A DNA stretch of 64,000 nt from Vairimorpha necatrix (lineage: Eukaryota), in NCBI GenBank assembly GCA_036630325.1, contig CP142733.1:496001-560000 (forward strand). The letters run 5' to 3'. This document shows positions 21,364-35,013 of this stretch, piece by piece. Position numbers and translations under genes: made by a program. The notes under the pieces are model-generated. The model was not told the origin of the DNA. It saw only the letters and a program-made list of their open reading frames with translations, and made no database searches. Each line of letters opens with the position of its first letter. Positions within the stretch are counted from its first letter, which is position 1.

Positions 21364-21926
21364 AATTTACGTATAAAAATACATTTTTATTTGCCAACGA
21401 CATAAACTATAGTCTATTGATTACATATTTTATTTTGTTAGCATAATACAAGTCATAATTGATAGAATTATAAGTTCTTACATTATTTTAAAATATGAAT
21501 TTTGGTCATCAAAAGATTAAAAATCTTTACCTGTAGAAATTATCTAAATATTGACGGAATAATAAGTTTTATCTGTACTTTTGTTTTTAACGTAGGCGAC
21601 ATTTAAGTCTTGGACCATCTTTCATTTTGTAAATTTCACAAGACTTTCTGGGTTTAGTCATCTTTTGTTTTGCAAACATTAAACTTCACTTCTCATCATT
21701 TCTTTTGATTCTTTATAGCAACTATTTGCCTAGGACACAAGATTTACTTTACTTCTGAATTCTTACAAAAAATACAATTTATAAAACAACGTTATACTAA
21801 AAATAATATATTTTTCCAAAATATCATACACTAATTCATTGGCACATATTTGATTTTATTTTCATCAATCCATGACATCATCTGTCAATATATTATTCAT
21901 ATAAATCCATCACAGAAATACACCCC

Positions 21927-23123
21927 ATGATACTCTTATATACATGTTTATTGGTTATAATTCGTTCTGATATTATCTTAGTCGTCCCGAACAATAATAA
22001 CATGGATGTATATCTAGGCATCACAAACATGCGCAAAAAATCTATATACGTATTGAGCCAGTTAGTTGATAAAGACTTTAAGAATAATAGGGTTAATACA
22101 TACAAAGAACGATCTGATAGAGGACGGAAAACCGAAAAATATTCTTTCAATGTATTAAACGATTCTGAAAGAAAAACACTTTGGAACTTGTTACAAACTT
22201 ATAATTTCAAAGATGAACAAGTAAATCTAAAAAACATGTTCATTACTAGCAAGGTTATATTAAAAACGACATTAAAGGTAGATATTAAGAAGGGGTATTA
22301 TATTGAGAAAACGGTTAGAGTACCACTAACAATTGATTTCAATTTTATAACTAGTGATAAATTTGTATTTGATACTACTACAATGTTCTATGAAGTAAAC
22401 TGGTCTAATTCGAGTTATTTACACAGGGTCATAAAAACTTGTGATAGTGTTTTTAGACCTAGAGACAAAATAGTGTCTGTTAATATAGTAAATAAAGATG
22501 ATAATAGTGTAATTATTGTAAAAAACGACGAATTGAACAACACTGATATGATTTTAGACAAAAATACAAAAGCCTCTGAAAAATCGGAAGATATAAGGAT
22601 CAGTAGAGAAAAGTTAAATAAGACAAGTATTATTTTTGAACCAATTCAAGAAGAACTCGAGCTTTGTGGAGAGATGAATGAGCAATCTATTAAATCAAGA
22701 GATAACGATGAAGAGAAATTTTTTTTTGAAGAACATAAAACAGTGTTAAATGAAATGTCACAAGTTTCTTTAGACAAAGAAGGATTGATATTTCAACATG
22801 CAATTCTTGATGATCAAAATGAAAAGAATGTTATTAGTGAATGTACAACTTTAGCAATTAACGAAAATAAAATCGATGCCGATAAAGGCTCAGATCCGAA
22901 ACAAATTAAAAATAATGTAAATATTATGAGTCTTAAAAATAACGAAGAAATTAAAAGTGTGAGTAATAAAGAAAATAGGGAAATAAGAGTAAATTATGAA
23001 ATCTATAATGAGGTTATAGAAGGTCTTAAAGTTTATTCTTCTATGTTTTTATTGGGAATTTTTTTAGGACTTGTTTCATTGTTTGTTCATTTATTATTAA
23101 GCAATAAATGGGAATTGTATTAG
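21927..23123 (+). CDS. Predicted surface protein, family A
   Basis: CCCC-ATG; signal peptide; DVYLGI, SKVILKTTL and FYEVNW motifs; C-terminal TM MFLLGIFLGLVSLFVHLLL. Confidence 0.85.
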   Translation: MILLYTCLLVIIRSDIILVVPNNNNMDVYLGITNMRKKSIYVLSQLVDKDFKNNRVNTYKERSDRGRKTEKYSFNVLNDSERKTLWNLLQTYNFKDEQVNLKNMFITSKVILKTTLKVDIKKGYYIEKTVRVPLTIDFNFITSDKFVFDTTTMFYEVNWSNSSYLHRVIKTCDSVFRPRDKIVSVNIVNKDDNSVIIVKNDELNNTDMILDKNTKASEKSEDIRISREKLNKTSIIFEPIQEELELCGEMNEQSIKSRDNDEEKFFFEEHKTVLNEMSQVSLDKEGLIFQHAILDDQNEKNVISECTTLAINENKIDADKGSDPKQIKNNVNIMSLKNNEEIKSVSNKENREIRVNYEIYNEVIEGLKVYSSMFLLGIFLGLVSLFVHLLLSNKWELY

Positions 23124-23799
23124 TTTTTATAATCAAAAATGCGATATTTTTATTTTTTTTTTAAAAAAAGATTATATAAAAAAAAAACAATAATTTTATT
23201 AATAATCAATATTAACGTTGAGTTAAAACAAAACAATATTAGATATATTGCAATATAATATCTTACTTACTAATTACTTTTCACAAGGTACATTCAAAAT
23301 CTCTTCTTTCAGTTCTTAAATTCCTTATGAAATTCACATTAGGCTCTTGAATACCCCCAACTTAACAAAAAAATCTTTATCTACATTTTTTTAATTTATT
23401 GATGTACTTATGATCTACATTTAAAGTTTTTAGTAGCAGCACAAGTTCTAAAATTCCGGACATATTTTTGTATACTTTGTAAAGTCTAATTTTTATATAA
23501 TAAACTTATAAGCTATGATTAATTTAACATTCATCAAAGAGCATGGAAACAAGCATAATACACATAAAATATGGTCAATAAATTTACGATTTGAGATATT
23601 TTGATTATCTGTTAGATGTATAAGCAAGTTAAAATTTCTCAAATGGTAGATTTTTTTATCATAAGTTTAAAAGGTTGCATATTATATATAATGATGAACA
23701 GAATTGATTCAAAATATAAAGATTAAAAAAAATAAAATAGAAAATTTTTATCGTTTTTTCGCAGTTGTTATCGTGGCACGTAGGAATCTTAATCGATCT

Positions 23800-25040
23800 A
23801 CAATAAATAGGTATACGCACTGAAAAGGGGGTAAGCAACAAAATACCATCAACTCAGTTTTATTATTCAAGCTATTCGCTGAACACCGGCTTATAGAGGC
23901 AAAATTTATGACCAGCTTTGTTTATTTTACTTAACAGCAGCCATTTTCATGATACTATAAAGCTCCCAGTACATAAATCGTCTGTAATAACTAAAGAAAA
24001 GCTTTGTGTTATTAGAAAAAAACTTTTTATAAAAAATGGCACATTACGAAGGAACGTGTGACATTACAAGACTTAATTAATCTATCATTAATCAAATCAC
24101 AATTAAAAATATGCTATACATAGATTACTTTTGTAGGAGATAACCAAATTTTATCAAACAAATCTCAAAAATAAATATATGACAGATACTTTGTAAGCTC
24201 TAAATTCGTCTACAACCATTCTCAAATAAATAATATTACTAAATAGATCGAAAATGGAAAGATTATATAAGTAATATAGATATAGTATAAACAGGCCTTT
24301 TAAATTAAAATTAATAATATAAGTCTTAAACTAACTATAAGAGAAGTACATCAATACAAAAATAGTGGAGATGAGAATATTATTTATTTTTCAACAAGAG
24401 TCGTTTGGATTATGTATAGTTTTTTAGGTGAGGTAACTCAAAGATGATAGTAGAGCCCAAAAGTAGATTTATAAAAACAAAATAAAATTGTTAACATACT
24501 CATGAGAGTAATTAAATATAATAAAAAGAATTAAAAGCATCAGTCATTTATACCTTGTTGAACAAAAAACAAACGGCTTATATCCGCAGCAATTTTTGCT
24601 CTCTACAGTATAGAAATATATTTTACAAAGGCTGCCAGACAACGACATTATATTGACATATATAAAGACCTTGGATTGTTAGATAACGATAGGTTGAAAG
24701 TCAAGGTATATATTAAAACACATCGAGTTGTATATATCCATCTCATGTATTTTAAAAATTAAAAAATAATAGAGCTACACATACAGTGCATGTGATCATA
24801 GAAGGCGATCAAGCTAAGATAAAGAACACGAGAAAATCTTGAAATAAAAAAATTTGATTTTCTTGTTTTTGACAAAAAGAAAATAGAATAGTATTGTGTT
24901 TGGAATAACTATCTAGGACGACGAATTTTTGTTTAAAATGAAAGCAAAGGAACATGATTTATATGAAAACATCTAAAATCATAACGATATGCTGAACAAC
25001 GATACTTATAGCCGTAAAGACAACACTGTAGTTGTAAGTA
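23800..25040 (+). mobile_element. Highly degenerate RLE-type non-LTR retrotransposon remnant
   Basis: Fragmentary translations resemble KLFAE, LQxRNIF and DFLVFDKKK...GIT of the better-preserved LINEs in the window. Boundaries approximate. Confidence 0.5.
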
Positions 25041-25405
25041 AACACTATATAAAGTACATTACTAAGCAAATAAATATAATATTGAAGGGTGAAGGATACT
25101 TTAGACCCCCCCCCCTTTGAAGCGCTTCAATTTTTTTTTCGAACCCCAAAATTGAAGTGCAAAAAAAAAGAGGAGCAAGAAAGGGACAAAAATTTCTTAT
25201 CACTTTAAACATTAAAAATACAAAATAAATATATGCTTTTATACAAAAATTAATTTTAGATTTAGTTATAATAATCATTTGAAGTATTGTGTCTTTTTTC
25301 GCCCTTCTTATTTTTTCAATTTTTTTTAATTGTTGGTTTATTATTAAAGTAGATTTTTGAAGAAAATCTACTTTAATAATAAACCAACAATTAAAATTAT
25401 AAATA

Positions 25406-25932
25406 TCATCATCATATATATAAAAGAATTTTATTTAATTTTTTACCCCTCTTTTTTGTGGTTTTGTAAAATCTAAACTTCATATTTCATACTTATTGTA
25501 TTTTAAAAATATCAAATTTACGTCTAATGTTTCGATATGATTATTGTAAGTGTGTATATTATGTATTAATGCATTTTTATTCTAATTATTATTTTTGTTA
25601 AACTCAGTTCCAAAATATCGTCAGAATCGTTTTTTAGAATTTATTTGACCCTTCCACGAAAAATTGTAAAAACATCTGACAAATAAAGATTTTAAATGTA
25701 AGTGTCAAAAATTGAGCTTAGAAGTTCCAAAAATTATCTCATTGAGATTATTAAATGTTTTAAAACAACATTACTCCTTATATGTTACTAAAAAGTTTTT
25801 TAAAAATCATGCTTTCCCCTTTTCAAATTCATTCATTCCAAAATGGAAACGCAACAAAATTTACCGAGGAGGGACATATTAAAAATCTTAAACATTTAGA
25901 TCCCGTTTTCAAAACGGGAAAGCATACGCTAG
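25406..25932 (+). mobile_element. Non-autonomous Helitron, unit 1
   Basis: 5'-TC start; subterminal palindrome CCCGTTTT-C-AAAACGGG; 3'-CTAG end; A^T insertion with no TSD (empty site visible in M1 copy B). Confidence 0.88.
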
Positions 25933-26454
25933 TCATCATATATATAAAAGAATTTTATTTAATTTTTTACCCCTCTTTTTTATGAAATGTAAACTTAAAA
26001 CTTCTTATTTCATACTTATTGTGTGTTTGTAATATCGAATATAGATTTATTGATTTAATTTGACTATTCTAAGTGTGTATGTTATAAGTTAATACTTTTT
26101 TATTTTAATTATTATTTTTATAAAACTCAGTTCCAAAATATCGTCAGAATCGTTTTTTAGAATTTATTTGACCCTTCTAGAAGAATTTTAAAAACAATTG
26201 ACAAAAGAAAAAGTTGAATATAAGTATCAAAAATTGAGCTTATAAGTTTTCAAATATATTTTATTGAGATTATTAAATGTTTTAAAACAACAATACTACC
26301 TTATATGTCACTAAAAAGTATGTTTTAAAATCACGTCTAAATCTGCCAAATTCAATCATCCCAAAATGGAAACTCAACAAAATTTAAGGATCAAAGACAT
26401 ATTATAAAACTAAACATTTAGATCCCGTTTTCAAAACGGGAAAGCATACGCTAG
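25933..26454 (+). mobile_element. Non-autonomous Helitron, unit 2 (head-to-tail with unit 1)
   Basis: Same TC / hairpin / CTAG termini; internally diverged from unit 1. Confidence 0.88.
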
Positions 26455-28789
26455 TTATTTATAAAAGAAAATTTAAATAAATGTTCAACGATCTACACAT
26501 ATTGTTAAATCAAAAAATTTAATTTAAATATGTTAAGTTATAAAGAATTATATAGTTTTATGGTTATAATCTTTTTTTAAATTAAATTTCGTATACAAAT
26601 ATATATTTATTTGGTATTTTTACTGTTTGAAGATGCAAGTAATTTGAGTACTAATGATTGCTTCTCCTTTATTTTGCACTTCGTTTTTGGGGTTCAAAAT
26701 TATAAAGTGAACACTCTCAGAGGGGAGCGTTTTTGTCCCCAATTCTAAAAAATCAGAAGGGCAAAATTAGCTTATTGGTTTATATTATTGTAAAAACTTG
26801 TATTAAAATATAATTGTGTACATAAATATATATTTATTTTGTATTTTTAATGTTTAAAGTGATAAGAAATTTTTGTCCCTTTCTTGCTCCTCTTTTTTTT
26901 TGCACTTCAATTTTGGGGTTCGAAAAAAAAATTGAAGCGCTTCAAAGGGGGGGGGGTCTAAAGTACCCCACCTCCAATATTGAAATATAAAAAAGTTTAC
27001 TACAACATAATTACAAAAAATCTAAATCATTTTAGATCAAAATGACGATATATACGTTTGATTTTTAGTAAAAAAGGATTAGGGCATTTATACTAGCTAA
27101 AAGTCAACTTTTAAAAAAGAGGTATGTAATATGACATTTTAATTTTTTAAGTTTTTAACATAAACATACCAACGGTAATCAAAATTTATGAAGAATTTAA
27201 TTCTTTAAGCTTTACTAAACATTTAAATGCCGAATTAAAAATAAAATTCAATGTAACATTAATGTTTAATTTCTGTATTTAAAAATATATAAAATCATAA
27301 CTACAAATTTAATTATATCTATGGCGAAATCTATTTAAGTGACAAAAAATTTAAGATCAAAATTTTTCGAAAAATGACTCTTATTATTTATTCTAAAAGA
27401 AAAAGATGAAAAAGGTGTTTTGATTATATAAAACGTAAATTGAATTTAAAATATTTAAAAGTGATTTCAATAGACCAAAAATTGTCTTTTCTATAAATAT
27501 GAAGCTAAAAATTAATCAGAATATAAAAAAAATCCTTGTTTTTTACCAAAATAGCTTTAAGGTCCATTGAAAAAATTCTTGATAATTTTATTTTTACATT
27601 TAGCAATTTCTAATATAAATGACATGGTTTCCCGTACTTTGTTCTATTAATTTTTTTACAAAATTGAAATAAACTTGCAAGATAACATATGAAGTAATAG
27701 AATCACAATGCGATATCTAAATGAAAAAGTGGTAGAGAATAAACTGTTTATCTCTATTGTCAAATAACAATTTTTAACATAGCATTCGTCTAACTTTTCA
27801 CAGAAACACAAACTCACTAACAACTACTAGTGATATTATTTATTCAATAATAGATTTATATTTTTCAAACGCATTTTAAATTCTTTTATTTCATTAATTG
27901 TCGTTTATTTAAAAAATGTTTATATAAATTTGACCTAGTTATTATAAAGCTGAGATTTTTTTTTATAGTATCTTATATTACTGCATATTAAATAATGAGA
28001 TAACTCCATATTTCATATATAAATCATTTTCGGCATCAAAAGGGTTATTTTGTGATGGAAAACAAAGTATGTTGCAAATAAGATTCGGTATTTATACATT
28101 ATCCAATTACTCTTTATTTTTACTTGTTCCTAAATATTTAAAATTATTAACCCAATATTTAAAAACTTTGTTCATTAAATCAAATCACAGTTGTCTTTAA
28201 ACACTTGCTTTTTATTTTCTAATTTGTTCTTGTCAAAAGAGATATTTTTCTAAAATAATTGGACCTAAACCTTTCGCTTCTAATGTTTTTAAACTTTTTA
28301 TTTATAAATGCTATATATATTTTAATACTTATTTCCTCTATAATGCTAAATTTTTGTTATTTATAAATGTTTGGAAGTTTAAACTGTTTATAAAATGATG
28401 ATATATTAAAAAAAAACATCATTTTGAAAAAAATCTAATAAATGTAATAATCAATGTATTAAATCTTTGTGTTTACAATTAGTGTCTTTGTAGAAGTATT
28501 TATTTTATTTACGGCCTAAAGTGCAAGATAATATGACATCGAACAAATATTTAGTAAATACTACAATACAACTTAGTACATATTTCATATTGAATGATAT
28601 TTTTAGGCTATATTGTAGCAAACTATTACGTTACAAAAATAATCCCCTATTGTAACAAATTTAATTTGACCATATTAATTTTTTCATGGTCGTTGTATGT
28701 TAATTAAATAGTTTCATTTTACGATCGTAGTATAAGATATTTGAAAGGTAAAAAAAATTGAAATTTATTGTTTAATATAAAATAAATAT

Positions 28790-31045
28790 ATAATTTATTT
28801 GGGCATAATATTCGGTTTATTAATTACTTTTCACAAGATACGCTTACAGTCTCATCTGGCAGTTCCAGGAGTTCCTTCCGAGATTCACTCATTGGGCTCT
28901 CGAAGACCCCTTCCTGATCTGTATCAAGCCCATGTCTGGCTGACATAGTTAGGCTTTCTAAAGTCATTTTAAGGACTCTTGACTGTATATATGCTTCCGT
29001 TCTGGGTTCTAATCTGATCACTTTGATATGCGTACGGTGAAAATTAGTTACTATTCCATCCCACGTCATCACATAAGGAATAATTTTCGGCTTGTACTTG
29101 TAGAGAGAAGCCACATGATTTGCGAGCAAGTCGTGTTTATGTTTCTTTTTTGTTTCTACTGCATGGAGGTTGTTAAAACTTGTGATTCCAACTTCTACAA
29201 CGATCACTTCTTTCCTCAACTTGTCTACAATTAGTATATCAGGCTTGTTATACTTTATTTTAATACTTGAATGTATAATACTGTCGACTAGTATCTCAAC
29301 AAACTCATTAGCTACACATTCCTGGACTGAATGATTTCTAATTCTTTTGGCATGTGATAGACCATACGTCTTACACAACTGCAGGTGGATGCATCGCAGT
29401 GCTTCATTGAGCCGTCTCATGTAATCATGTGAAAGCATACGATATCATTGCGTGGCCATATGATCTACTGTCTTTGTATATTCATGGCAGTGTGGGCATT
29501 TTATCTGTTCTAAGAAAATATTTCGGTCCTGTAATGCACATAAATTGCCTTCCTCTCTCGGGCTTATATTTCCTTTTGTGAGCCACGTGGCAGCCTGTTT
29601 TATATCAATAAGTGGATCGTCTCTTGGTCCAAATAGCCTTGAATGGTTTGTTTTAATTTTTATATCGCTATAAAGAGATTCGGCTTGAGCCTCTATTAAT
29701 ATTTTAGCTGTTACGTTTTCCTTAAGTTTATATTTCTCTTTTATATATCCTTCTATGGTAAATAGATATGTGTAGCCAGTTTTCTCGGAGTGGAAAATCG
29801 CTTTGCGTCTTAGAACAGATTCTTTCGTGCTTTCAAATTCTTTGGCTAGTTGTAAAAGCATTCTTTCACTTTTATGTTTTACGCATTGGAGCCCTCTTCC
29901 AAGTTCGGCTCTGGAGAGATAAAATCTTTCTTTAGTTGCAGGTTGTTGATGGACGTGATATTTAATCAATAATTTTCTGATGTTGTCGTATATGATCTTG
30001 TATTCTTCTGGTGTAGCATCTATTATTTCTATATAGTAATTTATTAGGCTTATTCCATGTTCATTGATTGCTTTAAACAAATGTTTCGCATTCAGCTTAG
30101 TCTTACATAACTTTTCGATTCTTAATAAGATGGCCTTCAATATTTTTTCCTTTGTTTCCTTCATTATCTTACCTTCGTGGCTTTCTGTAATGCCTAGATA
30201 TTTATACCCCTCATGTCCCTCTAGCAACTTGCCTTCATCTTTACACTTTATACTATTTGTAGCCGATTTTTCCGCGTTGATTTCTAGACCTACAGTATTA
30301 AAGAATTTTCTTGTCTCATCTATCATCTCTTTCAATACTTCCTCATTTTCCGCAAGTAATTTTAAATCGTCAATAAACAACAAATGGTTAGTTACAAATG
30401 CTTGTTCTCCCAACGGGATGCTTAACTTGGGGTATATACTATTCAATTTACGACTTAACGGGTCTATACACAGCACAAACAATAACGGGGACAAACTATC
30501 TCCTTGTAATATTCCTCTTCTGGCCTTCTTTTCCATGATCTTCTCATTTCCTTCAAATATTTCTAGATTCCACTTGCTGGGCAGTATTTCTATTGTCTTA
30601 CATATCCACTCTGGTAGTCCCAGAGCTTTAATGCATTATATTAAATAGTCATGTCTTACTGAGTCGTACGCCTTCTTAACATCTATCCAGGCCGTTTTGA
30701 TTTTATAATTATATTCTCTATTCAGCATGTTATTTGTCATTGCCTGTTCTTTAGCTCCCTGCACTTTCCTCTTTGTTTTCATCTGGTTATCTGCTAAAAA
30801 GAGTTTAATTCCACTAGTTCCTGGAGTACGTATGTAATACATTTTGTTGTAAGTCTGTACAATTTAGACATGCATGTAATGGGTCTAAAGTCTTTCCCTT
30901 CACTGGTTGCCCTTTAGGTATCAGATAAGTAATTTCTCTGTAAAACTATTCTTCTTCCGTATAACTCTCCAGGCATATTTTCTTAATTACTTTGTAAAGA
31001 GATCCATGTAGGCTAGACATTTTCTTTAATATAAAATTAAATATA
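28790..31045 (-). mobile_element. 5'-truncated RLE-type non-LTR retrotransposon (R4/Dong-like), subfamily L1
   Basis: RT motifs GILQGDSLSPLLF and LFIDDLKL; ERFYLSRAELGRGL; CPHC...H...C zinc knuckle; KPDILIVDK...EVGIT endonuclease. Several stops and frameshifts. Confidence 0.93.
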
Positions 31046-31083
31046 TATATATATATATACACTTATAAATAAAGTGAACCCCT

Positions 31084-31820
31084 ATGATATTGATTTTTTT
31101 TAATCTGCAATATATATTTGCTATTGATGCTATGTTTATGGCACAAAGAGATGATAAATTCGTAACGTTTACATAAGTTTAGCAAATGAAGAAAGAACAC
31201 CACCTATTCGATTTCTGAAATGGACAATGAAAACCATAATCAAAAATTAATAAATACATTTAGTCTAAGAATTCCTATAGGCAGAATATACAAAACGCAT
31301 TATTTTTTGCCTATATCTTAAAAGAAGGAATGTATATTCATAAATTATTATATTCTGTTGCTAATAATAACGTCGAACTATTGAACATTATAAATTTGTT
31401 CTACAATGGTAAAGATACATTTATAATTACAATTTAACCTGATGATAGAAAGTTATATTATACAGAATATAATAAATATAATTCTCTAATGACAAACTAT
31501 GCTTTCATAGTAAATACAAAATTGCAATTTACGAGATCTCAAAGCCTTTTAAGATAGAATGTTTGGACATTTTTGATAAGCGTGTTAATTATAAACCTCC
31601 AAAAATATAATTTATAATCCGTTACAGGAAAAAAACTGATAAAAAATAATTTGTTTATACATTAGTAAGCTATAATATTCTGTAAGATTTTCAATATCAT
31701 ATCAGCTGTAATGGTAACTTGAAAAATAAGTTTCAGACATAGGTAAAAAAGAACGTATTAGAAAAAAAGCTCCATAGGAAATTTGTTGAATTGACGTCAA
31801 ATAATAGAAATATCTTTTAA
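31084..31820 (+). pseudogene. Family A surface-protein pseudogene
   Basis: CCCCT-ATG, MILIFFNLQYIFAIDAMF..., then frameshifted NVYISL and NLFYNGK...KLYYTE matching the family motifs. End approximate. Confidence 0.7.
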
Positions 31821-34401
31821 TATTAGTTAATATTTATATGAAAATAGGTGTAACTTTAAAGAAACATTTTTTACAAGATTTCCTTGTCAGTCTTATACGA
31901 ATTTACTAAATAAAGAGTTTGATGTAAAGTCACAAAATAAAAATTTATCGATTAAGCATATGAATACTAACTGGTTATTAAATCTATGTAATTTGGTATT
32001 TAAAAAAAGAAAATAGATATAATTAAAACTAAGAACAAATAAGCATTTTGTATGAAGAAAAAAATCCGTGAATTTTCTTATGATATGTAATTATGTAATT
32101 GTTTGAGTCGAAATTTTTGACATCAAAAAAAAACTATTTAAAAAAATAAAAGAGGTAAGGTTATTCATTCGAAAAAAGAATCTATGTTTAAATTTTTGTG
32201 TGATTTAAAACTTTTTTAAAAATTTTGTTGGAAATTTTATGACTTTTTGACAATTTTAGAAACCATCTTTTTTGTATTATATAGATTCTATAACGCGTTG
32301 TGCGTTCGTAAATTATCTTAAATAATTGTTATAAAAAAATTCAAACGTATGTTAAACTAAAAAACGATGGACAATAAAAAACTTCTTTGGTAATAGAGCT
32401 TAATTCTACTTTATTAGTTCACAGTGAGAAATAAAATTAACATGGGGGTTTTAAGCGAACGAAAAGTGTTGCATGAAGTTTCTATTAGAGAAGAAATAGT
32501 TTATTTTAAAAAATTATAGTATAATACCATTAGCATGATGTTTTAGTTTGTGAGCAATTGTTTTTGAATCTGAAGCACGGAGTCCTTATTTTAAAGATGT
32601 AAAATTTTAAACATATTAAATTACACATTAAATAAAAATAGAAAATTTTCGATTGAATATATAGGCTTATTTACTGTAATTATTCTCATAATGTGGCAAA
32701 TTTTTTTAGTAAATTAAGGCCAACACTATACTAATGGCAGACAAAGTTAAAGCTAGCCAATGGTTTAGTTCAAAGATAGTCATACTATACATGTTCTTCG
32801 CTATAACATAATTATAGCGTAGAAGTTTAGTTCATCGTTTTTGTAATCATTTTTTTATATAACTTAATATAAATCTATTAAATCATTAACAAATCTCTAT
32901 TGATAATAAATTCTTTTGTAACAAATTTCTATCTAGTTTTTTTTACCATACAAATTCTTTATGATATGCAGGCTTGATAAAAGACAAATAAAAATCAAAA
33001 GTAACTTTTTTGAAGAATGCAAGACATGTTGGTATATTATGTTTGAGACTATAATCAAATGCTTTAAGCTAGAACAAGGTTGTATTGGTAATTAAAAATG
33101 ATATTTTCTCAATAATTCAACTTTTTTCTATCGAGATGGATTGATAATTATAAGTAATGGAATGTTTTGACGAAATTAAAACTTAATATAAAAAAAATAT
33201 ATAGATATCCTGATCAAAACACATAATTCTTAATAGAATTTCGTAGAGCAGTTAATATATGATGATAGTTAATACTTTAATGATCTTAAAAGAACTAATG
33301 AAAAAAAAGAATATTAAGTCGGTGCCCACAGATGATTTATAAATGGCAAAAAATAAAAGAAAAACGGTCATGTACCGAAGAATCTAAATTATATTCTATA
33401 AACCATCATTCTAGCATTTAAATTTTGCTCGCCAGAAACAAAAACATAAAAGAGTCTATAAGGTTGCCTTTATCACAAATTGAAAATGAATTAGGCTCAT
33501 ATGATTTTAATAGGTGTTAAAAACTCATAAGCGTTATTATGATTTTGACATCGTATATTTTCATATTTATACATTAGATGTTTTTCTACGCAATAATGTT
33601 TAGTGTGCACTTTGTTCTCTAATCAAATTAAGACATAGCTGAGCTTAATTATATGCTAGTTTTTGATATTCCATAAAAAATCCTCACAATCCAATAGTAA
33701 TAAGCTGATCACTATTTTGAGTCCTTTCCATATCTTTATAAGTGACGAAATAAGAATGAAGCAAAATAAAAATTATAGTGAGTTTGATACGTTAAAAATT
33801 TTCTATACTAATTGTAGATATTATGTACCAAAATGAACTGAAAAATACATATTTATAATTCAAATTTTATAGTTTGGTTTATTATTAATTTATTGTATTT
33901 GTCACATTTATAGAATTGGAATTTTTTATTAATTGAAAAAATTAAAATTCAAGAAGAAATAATGCTTGAATGCTAAAAATCTCAATTAAGTTGACGATAT
34001 AGTAAAATTGGACTATAAATCCTTTTCTAAAAGCATTCAGCATCTATAAGGTTTATAAAATAGGTCTCTCTATATAATCTGCGTTTGAATTAGTAGTATA
34101 AATTTGATATTTTACAAACTTTTATTTCTTTATGTTTGAAAATGTCAAAAATTATATTAAAAATGATGATCTTATAACATATAAGTTTGCTTTTAATTTA
34201 AAAATATGAAGATAAAAGTAAAGTAAATTTTGACGTTTTTAATTTATCAGTTTTTCGAAGTATTGTCAAACGATATCTAAATCAAAATTCTTTTATATAT
34301 ATGATTTCAAAAAAAATTGACTGTATTTTTATTTAAAAAATCAGGATTTAATTTAATGTTTATTAATACTTATTTATAAATAAAAAATTACGACGTACCC
34401 C

Positions 34402-35013
34402 ATGATTTTATTTTCCTTTCATTTACTATCGTTTTTTTGTAATAACTTACTTTTTGTTATTCGAAAAGGCAAAGATTGCAATATTTATCTCGCTATAAAT
34501 CTGAAAATAAATGGCGAACCGCTATCATCTCAACATATTTTTGAGATAACTAATTCATATGATTTTGATTTAGCTAAATCAGTAAGTAATAACAGACATT
34601 CGCTAATCAAAACCCCCGAAGAGCAAATTTTTGCACCCCTAAAGCATGATGATATTGATATGCAAGAGCTTGATGAAATGCAATCGGAATTTTATTCTCC
34701 GGATGGAGGGATACTTTACGGAATATATCTTACTAGTAGTAAAGTTATATTAAAAGCTAAATTTCCATTCGATTTAAAAGAACCATTTTACATAACAGTA
34801 AAGAAAATATCGCCCGAAAATACTCTTGAATACCGTGTAACAACAAGAGCCCTCAAGTTAAATCCAATTAAAAATATATACAGATTTAAACTATGTAAAC
34901 TTGATAAGGTCGATGAACAATCTAAAATTTTCCTTCCTGAGATATACAAAGGATACATAAATCGTCAGTCAAGTGTGATGAAATTAAATCAAAATTTTTT
35001 TAAGAGACTTTAG
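34402..35013 (+). CDS. Predicted secreted protein, family A (N-domain only, no TM anchor)
   Basis: CCCC-ATG; signal peptide; NIYLAI and SKVILKAKFPFDLKEPFYI motifs. Confidence 0.8.
   Translation: MILFSFHLLSFFCNNLLFVIRKGKDCNIYLAINLKINGEPLSSQHIFEITNSYDFDLAKSVSNNRHSLIKTPEEQIFAPLKHDDIDMQELDEMQSEFYSPDGGILYGIYLTSSKVILKAKFPFDLKEPFYITVKKISPENTLEYRVTTRALKLNPIKNIYRFKLCKLDKVDEQSKIFLPEIYKGYINRQSSVMKLNQNFFKRL

Larger units (their letters stand above)
25087..26975 (+). mobile_element. Non-autonomous Mutator-like (MULE/MITE) element, family M1 copy A, with nested Helitrons
   Basis: About 145-bp TIRs with G...C ends; 9-bp TSD AATATTGAA (25078-25086 and 26976-26984); no transposase ORF. Confidence 0.9.

Noticed and set aside
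25406-26454. CRISPR-like or satellite interpretation of the repeats
   Set aside because: No short repeat-spacer periodicity anywhere in the window; the duplication is explained by Helitron termini.
28771-31048. TTTAATATAAAAT(T)AAATATATA on both sides of the LINE as a TSD
   Set aside because: The right-hand copy translates as LINE coding sequence (IFNFILKK) and is low-complexity, so a TSD cannot be asserted.
32400-32450. CCCCC-ATG starts followed by early stops (also near 41453)
   Set aside because: Possibly decayed genes, but no reading frame or homology could be reconstructed by eye.
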